DNA from: an uncultured virus (IMG/VR IMGVR_UViG_3300021957_003318)
Taxonomy: Duplodnaviria > Heunggongvirae > Uroviricota > Caudoviricetes > Demerecviridae
DNA: 34,651 nt
Virus record (IMG/VR): IMGVR_UViG_3300021957_003318
Strand: one strand, 5' to 3'
Shown: positions 27,170 through 34,098 of the stretch, piece by piece
Layout of the letters: each line of letters starts with the position of its first letter
Position numbering within the stretch: the first letter of the stretch is position 1
Position numbers and translations under genes: made by a program
The notes under the pieces: generated by a model
Database searches by the model: none
What the model was told of the DNA's origin: nothing
Seen by the model: the letters and a program-made list of their open reading frames with translations, nothing else

Positions 27170-27195
27170 CATGTCAAATTCTGTCTAACTTGTGG

Positions 27196-27408
27196 TTAAT
27201 CCCAGAAGCTTCCTCTTGACTTAGGTACATCTGCCTGTAGCATTCTTAGTCTTCGTACTGACAATTCAGTCTTGAATCCATCAGCGAATTCTAACTTGGC
27301 TTTATACCCGTTGGGACTTTCGAAAAGCTCTAACACTTCTGCATATATTCCATGCTTGTCTATTGTTCCTAGGTTCTCACCTGCTTTTACTAATTTACAT
27401 ACTCTCAT
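27196..27408 (-). CDS. Hypothetical protein
   Basis: 70 aa, AAGGAG RBS. Confidence 0.7.
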   Translation of the reverse strand: MRVCKLVKAGENLGTIDKHGIYAEVLELFESPNGYKAKLEFADGFKTELSVRRLRMLQADVPKSRGSFWD

Positions 27409-27718
27409 TTGCTACTCCTTTTAATATTGCTTTTAATGCAGTCTTGGGTGCTTTTTCTAGACCTGCTAGTTCCCATTCCTGTAGTTGTAATTTCTCTGCT
27501 AATTCTTCTACTAATTCTAACTTTGTGACTGGCTTTTCACCCGCTTTGGTTGTGTACTCGGTTTTCCTGTACACTCCTTCTCTTGATAGTTTTCCTATGA
27601 TAGATTTTACACTCTTATTGAGTTCTTCTGCTAATTTTTCTACTGTTTCTCTAGTTGGTTCTAATCTATACTGGTTTACTATATACTCTACTTGGTCTTG
27701 TGTGTAATTAACTGCCAT
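27395..27718 (-). CDS. T5 A2/D3-family DNA-binding protein (copy 1)
   Basis: NYT...Y...PTRETVEKLAEELNKSVKSIIGKLSREGVY...TKAGE.PVTKLELV...LEKAPK..L; clear paralogue of 32707-33012. Confidence 0.75.
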   Translation of the reverse strand: MAVNYTQDQVEYIVNQYRLEPTRETVEKLAEELNKSVKSIIGKLSREGVYRKTEYTTKAGEKPVTKLELVEELAEKLQLQEWELAGLEKAPKTALKAILKGVANESM

Positions 27719-27774
27719 TTCTATCTCTCCATTGTTTTTCTGCTGTTCGTTTGAATGACCACTCTAGTAATCTC

Positions 27775-28023
27775 TCAATTATCCTTCCTAGAAAACGCAT
27801 CTATAACCTCCTCTATTGACTGTGGGGGTTGAACTATTGTTATGTTCTTACCCTCTAGTTTATGTACTGCTCCATTGTTGTAGTAAACAAAGTAGCCCTC
27901 TCCAAATCCTAAGTCACCACCCTTTTTACAAGCATAGTGTTGACATATCTTATTACCCCAGTCTTCTGCAGCGAGGTAAACCCTTCGTCTTTCAACTAAC
28001 TCTGTATGTTCAGTCATTAGCAA
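27775..28023 (-). CDS. Hypothetical protein
   Basis: 82 aa, GGAGG RBS, coupled to the upstream stop. Confidence 0.65.
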   Translation of the reverse strand: MLMTEHTELVERRRVYLAAEDWGNKICQHYACKKGGDLGFGEGYFVYYNNGAVHKLEGKNITIVQPPQSIEEVIDAFSRKDN

Positions 28024-28661
28024 TCCTCCCAGAATTTATCTGCTATCTCATCTAGTACTTCGTTTGGATAGATAACATCTCCACCGACTTTGTACTCTCC
28101 ATAGTAATCAAAGTCCTCTGATTCAGTATCTATACTAGGAAAGCGTTCATTGAATGATTCCATGAGTGCATCTGCATCAGTCTCATTGTAATCTCCTTCC
28201 CAAGCATACCAGCCATTAATGCTTTCATCTTGCTCTTTATCAGAACCATAGTACTGTTTACCCATGAAGTTTCTGAACTCATCTTCATAAGTCATACTTG
28301 CAGTTACTTCAGTATCGTACTTGTTTGCATAGTATTCTATTACATTTATTACTAACTCATGTGGTTGTCTCCAAGCACTGTAGCCAGCAATATATCCATC
28401 CTGTGCTTCGTCAAGGTGACACCATTTAGCACCTACTTCATTACAGTACCAGTCATATGAGTTTTTTAAATCGCCATCTTCGTCAAATTCCTTAGAAACA
28501 TTACTCATAAATGGTTGTTCTTCAATCTCTACTAACGCATTGAAAGTGTAGTCTTCGTTGTCATAGTTCTTTGCTGTTCTTTCTTCAGTCTTCACGCCTT
28601 CGTTAAACTGGTCATCTTCAATTCCTTGTACTTGAATTGTAAAGTGTACATGATTTGCCAT
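28017..28661 (-). CDS. Acidic DUF1281/YubB-like ferredoxin-fold phage protein
   Basis: MANH...YDWYCNEVGAKW...SAWRQP...YEDE pattern; AAGGAG RBS. Confidence 0.6.
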   Translation of the reverse strand: MANHVHFTIQVQGIEDDQFNEGVKTEERTAKNYDNEDYTFNALVEIEEQPFMSNVSKEFDEDGDLKNSYDWYCNEVGAKWCHLDEAQDGYIAGYSAWRQPHELVINVIEYYANKYDTEVTASMTYEDEFRNFMGKQYYGSDKEQDESINGWYAWEGDYNETDADALMESFNERFPSIDTESEDFDYYGEYKVGGDVIYPNEVLDEIADKFWEDC

Positions 28662-28662
28662 G

Positions 28663-29448
28663 TTAAATCTCCTTTAGTTTTATTTTGTTGTTATAATTAT
28701 CCCATAATTTGATACCTTTGTGAAGGTTTCTGTAATCCTTCTTAGGTTTCAAACTACTCCATTGTTCTTCTAGTGGTGGGAAATAACAAGTATCACACAT
28801 TTTTAGAGGTCTGTTTAGTTTAGTACCCCAGTCTGAAATGTGTATGCCTTCTACTTTCCTTCCGAAAGATATAGCACATTGATACATTGTTTCTCCTTCT
28901 ATTGTTCTGCAGTGTTCTTTTTGCCAACATGTTTTCCAATTACCTTCAGGTGTATACTCAATATTAGGTTGAGGTACACCAAATCTTTCAAAACTTGTCA
29001 TTACTGCTATGTGGACTTTATTAAATTCCTTAGAGAGTCCACTCTCCTTCCATTTTGCTACTTGATTAATACTTACATCTACCATAGGATAGATACTTAT
29101 TAAAATTTTATCTAATTTAGAACATGCACTGATAACTTTTTCAGTCATATTCAGTGCATTTGTATTTAACCACACTTGTTTTGCTACCTCTGAAGTTAGT
29201 AGAAAGTCTACTATTTCAGGGAACTCTGGGTGTGTGGTTGGTTCTCCACCCAATATTTTAAGAGTTTCTAGTTGATATCCCCACTTTTTGATTAACTTTA
29301 CCTGTTCTTTTACTTGATTTAGGGTTAAAAACTTGTTGATTACACCATATTCTTCATCTTTGTACTTATAGTCAAGCACAGAGCAATGCTTACAACTCAG
29401 GTTGCAAGCATTTATAATGTGTATATCAAACTCTCCTGTTAAAAGCAT
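28663..29448 (-). CDS. Radical SAM protein
   Basis: CNLSCKHC (CxxxCxxC), LGGEPTTHP, NTNA, C-terminal Cys cluster. Confidence 0.92.
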   Translation of the reverse strand: MLLTGEFDIHIINACNLSCKHCSVLDYKYKDEEYGVINKFLTLNQVKEQVKLIKKWGYQLETLKILGGEPTTHPEFPEIVDFLLTSEVAKQVWLNTNALNMTEKVISACSKLDKILISIYPMVDVSINQVAKWKESGLSKEFNKVHIAVMTSFERFGVPQPNIEYTPEGNWKTCWQKEHCRTIEGETMYQCAISFGRKVEGIHISDWGTKLNRPLKMCDTCYFPPLEEQWSSLKPKKDYRNLHKGIKLWDNYNNKIKLKEI

Positions 29449-29882
29449 TAGATATCGCCTTCTGCCCTTACTTCTGAACGAATCACCTCAAAACCATTCG
29501 GATATCTCTTTTCTAGTTTATTAATGTTTTCGTCCATTACTTCGTCAGGTGTGAATCCTAATGCTATACATCCTTGAACCCAGTACCAAAGTACATCACC
29601 TAACTCTCTTTTCATGTGAAAAACTTCGTCGTTTGTGAACTGTGTATCGTTCTGAAATACTTTCTTTTTCACAATCTCAGCAAATTCTCCACTCTCTGCC
29701 ATCATACCTATCAGTGCAGTCATCAATCTTGCCATATCTATCTCACAGTCAATCAATACACCATTCTGCATAGTGTGATTTCCCATAAGTTTATCCAATC
29801 TGTCGCACATTTTAGTCGTATCTTTACTTGTTTCGGATGTGCACTGGTCTACGAACTTAGCGTAGTCATTTATTTTACTCAT
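29448..29882 (-). CDS. MazG-like nucleotide pyrophosphohydrolase
   Basis: GMMAESGEFAEIVKK...RELGDVLWY...NINKLEKRYP. Confidence 0.93.
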   Translation of the reverse strand: MSKINDYAKFVDQCTSETSKDTTKMCDRLDKLMGNHTMQNGVLIDCEIDMARLMTALIGMMAESGEFAEIVKKKVFQNDTQFTNDEVFHMKRELGDVLWYWVQGCIALGFTPDEVMDENINKLEKRYPNGFEVIRSEVRAEGDI

Positions 29883-30148
29883 TACGCTACACCTCCACTG
29901 ATATTAGATATGAACTTTTCTGCTTTCTCAATCATATCCCACTCTCTTTTAAGTATTAATTCATCATCACGGAGTATTCTTCCGTCCTCTAGGTAGATTG
30001 TCATGTGTTTACAGTTTCTTGATGGACATTCCCAGTGTTCGTACTTAGGTTTTGTGTCAATCGGGTACTGTATGCTTTTGATTTTGCTACCATTTGCTTC
30101 CATGCCTACTGCATAGTGTCTTCCGTTTCCATATAATTTATTTGCCAA
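29882..30148 (-). CDS. Hypothetical protein
   Basis: 88 aa, AAGGAG RBS, TAATG coupling. Confidence 0.65.
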   Translation of the reverse strand: MANKLYGNGRHYAVGMEANGSKIKSIQYPIDTKPKYEHWECPSRNCKHMTIYLEDGRILRDDELILKREWDMIEKAEKFISNISGGVA

Positions 30149-30416
30149 TGTCTTTTATCTCCTTCTTTGGTATCACTTGATAAGCACCTTTATTGTACGC
30201 AATAGATACCGTATATTGCTTTGATACTTCTTTTCTATACGAGTTGTCTTGTGGAGTTTTGTACTCTCCGATTGGCATACTAGGTATTTCACTCGCTTCC
30301 TTAAATTGTTTTGCCTCTTGTTTAGCGAAATTAGGCGTCGCTTTCTTACTTGTGTATAGTTTCTTTACTTTACGTTTACGACCATATTGGTCATACATCA
30401 TACTTCCCTGTCTCAT
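30138..30416 (-). CDS. Conserved basic phage hypothetical protein
   Basis: C-terminal TVSIAYNKGAYQVI motif seen in phage hypothetical proteins. Confidence 0.7.
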   Translation of the reverse strand: MRQGSMMYDQYGRKRKVKKLYTSKKATPNFAKQEAKQFKEASEIPSMPIGEYKTPQDNSYRKEVSKQYTVSIAYNKGAYQVIPKKEIKDIGK

Positions 30417-30619
30417 TCTTTCTCCTGTGGTAATTCGATGTTGTTAATAGTACAGAGTCTGTTCAGGAGTTCTTCATACTCCATTGTTAACTCTAATATA
30501 TGTTCGTTTAAAGACTGTAAGTCGTCCAAGCACATTTTGATTTCTTCTTCCTGTGCTTGGAGTTCTTCCACTAGTCTTGTCGCTTCGGTGATTAATGGGA
30601 ACTGTATTACCTTACCCAT
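30413..30619 (-). CDS. Hypothetical coiled-coil protein
   Basis: MGKVIQFP N-terminus, acidic heptads. Confidence 0.7.
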   Translation of the reverse strand: MGKVIQFPLITEATRLVEELQAQEEEIKMCLDDLQSLNEHILELTMEYEELLNRLCTINNIELPQEKE

Positions 30620-30687
30620 AGTATCGCCACTGCTAGTCCTATATTGAATAGGACAAGTCCAATTACAAATGCGTGTCCGTCTATCAT
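30607..30687 (-). CDS. Possible 26-aa single-TM peptide
   Basis: MIDGHAFVIGLVLFNIGLAVAILWVR*; ATGA coupling with the upstream gene. Confidence 0.5.
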   Translation of the reverse strand: MIDGHAFVIGLVLFNIGLAVAILWVR

Positions 30688-30821
30688 CTGCCCTGTCCTC
30701 TATACTTCTTGAACGAACGCTTCTTGTGTTTGTTCTTGTTGAGGGACATATTTCTATGTGAATCGCCTTGTGATGTTTTCTTTACATGACTCTTATGTTT
30801 TGCTTGACCACTCCACCTCAT
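30684..30821 (-). CDS. Small highly basic protein (45 aa) ending KKYRGQGR; not in the ORF track
   Basis: MRWSGQAKHKSHVKKTSQGDSHRNMSLNKNKHKKRSFKKYRGQGR*; GAGGTG RBS, ATGA coupling on both sides. Confidence 0.75.
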   Translation of the reverse strand: MRWSGQAKHKSHVKKTSQGDSHRNMSLNKNKHKKRSFKKYRGQGR

Positions 30822-31039
30822 GATTGCACCTCACTCCACTCTATAACTATACCTCTGCGGACTAGTTCGTTTAGACACTTCTGTCTTACTTTAGGTTTCA
30901 TGTTTGCACCTCTATCGTTGATGTACTCAAACAATTCTTGTTTTGGTGTGTCTTTGATGTAGAAGTGTTCCATAGGTAATTTACTTGCTGGTACGCCTCT
31001 GACATATTTCTTTGCACTTGGTTTAAATTTTATTGGCAT
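30818..31039 (-). CDS. Hypothetical basic protein
   Basis: 73 aa, AAGGAG RBS. Confidence 0.75.
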   Translation of the reverse strand: MPIKFKPSAKKYVRGVPASKLPMEHFYIKDTPKQELFEYINDRGANMKPKVRQKCLNELVRRGIVIEWSEVQS

Positions 31040-31164
31040 AATGCTCTCCTTTGTTATATTGTTAAATTGGGGAGGGCATTTTCATCCCTCAGTGTATGTT
31101 CAGACATAACCTCCACACTCATTCATCTAGGAAAATGTGGTTTCCTTTTTCTTTTCATATAGAT

Positions 31165-31203
31165 ATTATACAGATGTTTGAGGGGTTTGTCAAGAACTAT
31201 TTT
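31165..31203 (-). promoter_or_regulatory. Sigma70-type promoter
   Basis: AAAATAGTTC-TTGACA(31193-31188)-17-TATAAT(31170-31165). Confidence 0.85.
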
Positions 31204-31243
31204 GAATTAACATAAAGAATTTTGATGTTAAGTTATTTGAAGC

Positions 31244-31269
31244 AAAAAAATGGGAACCGAAGTTCCCAT
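31244..31269 (-). terminator. Intrinsic terminator closing the large non-coding transcript
   Basis: Minus strand ATGGGAAC-TTCG-GTTCCCAT-TTTTTT. Confidence 0.9.
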
Positions 31270-32204
31270 CCAAAGTTTTTGTTGTTTAAAGTGGTCGTGG
31301 CGGAATAATTCACGAACCTATCCACTGCGTAACGAGAGGTGATGGATATTACGAACTTCAATCTACGACTTGCGTCTATGGTATACTGCTCATTTCGCAT
31401 CACTTCTTTACTACTGTCGACTAATTGAGTGCGAACTTCTTCAGTATATCTACTGGTTGACAGAGCGACTGCCGTTCTCGTTCCAATCTCTTTCCAACTT
31501 AATGGTAGCGACATTATCTAGTGCATCTGCCCCCGAAGTCCTAAGACGTTCTCGCTCTCGCAGTATGCGGTGGGAAGCATCACCCTTCCCTTGCCCGAAT
31601 AGATGTATCTGCTTACTTCCGTGACACCCTAAGGTGGCAGATAACGAGGTTTACTCTTTAGAAGGTTAGACTTGACAGTTAAAACTGAATCTCCTCTAAT
31701 CTTCAAGCGTGGTTTCCTCACACTGGGGTTGATTCTATGGTCGTAATCCACCCTGTTCAATTACCTCTGTTTTAGTAAACCCGAAGGTCGTAACGCCCAT
31801 TAAAACAGTAAAACAAATCGGTTTTATACTATCGACATAGTGCTGAAGTCTCTTGCGTTGTTTTCGCCTTGCTTACTGCCCTTGCTTTCGTATTGCTACT
31901 AAGTTCGCAGGACTTACAGAAGGTATCTACTCAACCCCTTTACCGACCAGTTAATCGGGTTATCACTCGCTCCTTGCTGCGGAAGGTATGTCTGATAACG
32001 ACTCTCAAAAGCGGACATTATTCACAGTTAACGCAATCTCATCTATGTCTAAAGAGCATACGGCAGTGTTTTACGAGTCGCCACTCAGGTAGAAAAGAAC
32101 TCTCGATTATTTATTCGCTGCCACTTTCAATCCCGAAGGAGTCTGGGTGGGTCACTGCTAAATCATTAATTTTTTCGATTTAGTGTTCTTTTCTTTGTTT
32201 CTGA
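31245..32204 (-). ncRNA. Candidate large (~950 nt) highly structured non-coding RNA
   Basis: Own promoter and terminator, no credible ORF or RBS, raised GC, many nested helices, UUCG/GNRA loops on the minus strand. Confidence 0.72.
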
Positions 32205-32210
32205 ATATAT

Positions 32211-32249
32211 ATTATATCCACTTTCTAACCATTTGTCAAGAAGAATTTT
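32211..32249 (-). promoter_or_regulatory. Sigma70-type promoter for the candidate large ncRNA
   Basis: TTGACA(32239-32234)-17-TATAAT(32216-32211). Confidence 0.88.
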
Positions 32250-32303
32250 GATGTATTTACTACTTGGTAGTTAATACTTTAACTCAGTCCCAACGGGGTC
32301 GCT

Positions 32304-32489
32304 TTATAACTGCATTGCAATTAGAGCAGCGACTAGAAGTAATGTTACACTTCCGACAATCTCTGCAAAGGTCATGTTTACAAGATTGTTTAGTTCCTCT
32401 GTGATGTAGTTTAATACCCACACCAATATTCCACCTGATATTATTATTCCAAATACTACCATGAAGAAGTTCACTATAAAGTTTTCCAT
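32304..32489 (-). CDS. Small two-TM membrane protein
   Basis: AAGGAG RBS, own promoter, two hydrophobic helices. Confidence 0.75.
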   Translation of the reverse strand: MENFIVNFFMVVFGIIISGGILVWVLNYITEELNNLVNMTFAEIVGSVTLLLVAALIAMQL

Positions 32490-32515
32490 TTCTTCTCCTT
32501 TTTAAATATAAGTAT

Positions 32516-32553
32516 ATTATACTCACTTTATTACCATCTGTCAAGAACTATTT
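32516..32553 (-). promoter_or_regulatory. Sigma70-type promoter
   Basis: AAATAGTTC-TTGACA(32544-32539)-17-TATAAT(32521-32516). Confidence 0.85.
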
Positions 32554-32562
32554 AAGGAGAAC

Positions 32563-32704
32563 TTGACGAAACTTTGAAAAGGGCAGAGATACTTTGCAGG
32601 TCAAGAGTCGAACTTGCTACTTCCATTTGGTGTGCTTCCGAAGACACTTCTCCAAAGTAGATACCCTTTTCAAAATTGATTACTTAGGGCAATCACTCCG
32701 TCAA
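32563..32704 (-). ncRNA. Candidate ~140-nt structured RNA with a tRNA-like T-loop
   Basis: TTGACG/CGTCAA outer stem, perfect 11-bp TTTGAAAAGGG/CCCTTTTCAAA, cUUCGg arm and CAAG-TTCGACT-CTTG arm. Confidence 0.55.
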
Positions 32705-32706
32705 CA

Positions 32707-33012
32707 TTATAGACTGTCGACTAGTCTCTGTAAATCTGCTTTACCTGCTTTTACTAGTGTTGGTAATTCAATCCCGAAGTGGTCTTGTACTGCCGCTACT
32801 AATTCTGATTTACTTACTACTGCTTCACCTGATTTTGTTGTTCTAGGTTGTGCAATGTATACACCTTCTCTGCTTAGTTTAGCAATGATACTTCTTGTAG
32901 TTTTGCCGAACTGTTGTGCTAGTGCGTCTACAGTTTCTCTTGTTGGATTATCAGTGTATGCTGTAGTCATTTCACTTACCATTTCTTCTGTGTAGTTTTT
33001 AGCGTTTGCCAT
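32707..33012 (-). CDS. T5 A2/D3-family DNA-binding protein (copy 2)
   Basis: MANAKNYTEE...PTRETVDALAQQFGKTTRSIIAKLSREGVY...TKSGEAVVSKSELV...LVKAGKADL; GGGAG RBS before ATG 33012. Confidence 0.78.
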   Translation of the reverse strand: MANAKNYTEEMVSEMTTAYTDNPTRETVDALAQQFGKTTRSIIAKLSREGVYIAQPRTTKSGEAVVSKSELVAAVQDHFGIELPTLVKAGKADLQRLVDSL

Positions 33013-33057
33013 TGTTATTCTCCCAAATAATTGTGTTTTTGTTTTCTTTATATGAAT

Positions 33058-33185
33058 ATTATACACACTTTCTTTTGCTTTGTCAAGAAGAATATTACAT
33101 TTTCTTGAGAACTTTGCGGTGATTGTGTCGTGTTTAAATCTTATCATAATACCAATATTATATCCACTTTAGCACTAGTTGTCAA
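33058..33185 (-). promoter_or_regulatory. Two tandem sigma70-type promoters for the A2-like gene
   Basis: TTGACA(33086-33081)-17-TATAAT(33063-33058) and TTGACA(33185-33180)-17-TATAAT(33162-33157). Confidence 0.85.
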
Positions 33186-33300
33186 TAGAAAATGCGAATT
33201 AATTATAGAAATGTGGAGGGGAATCTCGGGGGCAGGGACGCGACACTGTGACGGGTGCCTCGCAAATCCTTCCAAAAACGCAAATTTCTCGTAAATTCTC

Positions 33301-33329
33301 TTGACACCCGCGATAAGCCATGTTATACT
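33301..33329 (+). promoter_or_regulatory. Sigma70-type promoter reading into the repeat region
   Basis: TTGACA(33301-33306)-17-TATACT(33324-33329). Confidence 0.7.
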
Positions 33330-33376
33330 TATAGAAACTTATAATAGACTAGCATCACTTTAGCACTTTGCGCGGT

Positions 33377-33415
33377 TTCGTTTTTGCACTTCGTTTTTGC
33401 ACTTCGTTTTTGCAC
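33377..33415 (+). repeat. 3 x 13-bp tandem repeat TTCGTTTTTGCAC
   Basis: Exact copies at 33377, 33390 and 33403, followed by TTTGGCGC. Confidence 0.95.
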
Positions 33416-33580
33416 TTTGGCGCGGGCTGGGGTCCCCAATACACCCCCTGCTAAACTGGCGCTCTTATGCGGGTCTCACACGGATTGTGCAAATTCTACA
33501 CAATTTCTAGGGCAATGCACCCGCCTTTAGGTTCGTTAGACTAGTGTTTCACAGAAATGTATCTAATTTTGAAAAAACCC

Positions 33581-33688
33581 TTGCCAAGCTTGTCAGAGTG
33601 TGATAAAATCGGCGCGATGCGCATCGACTTAAAATAATTCATTTATTTTCGATTTACCTATTGATATTCTCATAGATATCTGTATAAT
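33581..33688 (+). promoter_or_regulatory. Two plus-strand sigma70-type promoters upstream of a 50-aa gene
   Basis: TTGCCA(33581)-17-TAAAAT(33604) and TTGATA(33661)-16-TATAAT(33683). Confidence 0.65.
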
Positions 33689-33712
33689 AGTTTCTATATT
33701 AAGGAGAACATT

Positions 33713-33865
33713 ATGAAAAACGAAAAAACAAAAAAAGTGGCAAAAACAAAAGCGACATTAGTTGCAGAATTAGAGGTAATCGCAAAATGCGACAAAGGTT
33801 TCCTAGACAGTCTAGAGAGAGCAAATGCTTCTACCATCAAAAAACTAACAGCACTTATGTCCTGA
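33713..33865 (+). CDS. Small basic protein (50 aa) resembling the C-terminal part of the A2-like proteins; not in the ORF track
   Basis: TAAGGAG RBS, promoter and terminator; MKNEKTKKVAKTKATLVAELEVIAKCDKGFLDSLERANASTIKKLTALMS*. Confidence 0.85.
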   Translation: MKNEKTKKVAKTKATLVAELEVIAKCDKGFLDSLERANASTIKKLTALMS

Positions 33866-33871
33866 TACAGT

Positions 33872-33896
33872 ACCCGACGAAAGTCGGGTTTTTTTT
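33872..33896 (+). terminator. Intrinsic terminator
   Basis: ACCCGAC-GAAA-GTCGGGT-TTTTTTT. Confidence 0.92.
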
Positions 33897-33911
33897 ATTT
33901 TTAAAAAGGTA

Positions 33912-33940
33912 TTGACAAACACTGCAAAGCGTGCTACAAT
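33912..33940 (+). promoter_or_regulatory. Sigma70-type promoter with no downstream gene
   Basis: TTGACA(33912-33917)-17-TACAAT(33935-33940). Confidence 0.7.
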
Positions 33941-33982
33941 ACCAGGGTGGAGGGCGGGACGCAGGCGGGACGCACAGAGACT

Positions 33983-34002
33983 TGTGGATATCCTGTGGAT
34001 AA
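33983..34002. promoter_or_regulatory. Two tandem DnaA-box-like sites
   Basis: TGTGGATAT (33983-33991) and perfect TGTGGATAA (33994-34002), the reverse complement of TTATCCACA. Confidence 0.7.
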
Positions 34003-34032
34003 CTCGGCATGTCTCACGAAGACATCACTTTT

Positions 34033-34098
34033 ACACTTCACTTTTGCACTTTGGCGCTGACGCCATCGATTTAACACTTCACTTTTGCACTTTGGCGC
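34033..34098 (+). repeat. 25-bp direct repeat ACACTTCACTTTTGCACTTTGGCGC (2 copies)
   Basis: Exact copies at 34033-34057 and 34074-34098; shares TTTTGCACTTTGGCGC with 33408-33423. Confidence 0.95.

Noticed and set aside
52..30647. Numerous plus-strand ORFs in the track (e.g. 3595-3996, 4212-4697, 11498-11935, 27363-27707, 29616-29996)
   Set aside because: Antisense shadows of well-supported minus-strand genes; Ser/Phe/Ile-rich, with no RBS or motifs.
31233..32183. ORFs 31233-31514(-), 31370-31624(+) and 31869-32183(+) inside the large non-coding unit
   Set aside because: No RBS, atypical composition, and one runs through the terminator; dense base-pairing explains the region better.
32590..32670. 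Possible tRNA gene around GTTCGACTC
   Set aside because: No 7-bp acceptor stem, D-arm or anticodon arm; kept only as a T-loop-containing structure.
33013..33147. N-terminal extension of the A2-like ORF given in the track
   Set aside because: Runs through a promoter; the RBS and paralogue alignment support ATG 33012.
33377..34098. Repeats considered as a CRISPR array
   Set aside because: Copies are tandem or only two, with no regular unique 30-40-nt spacers and no cas genes.
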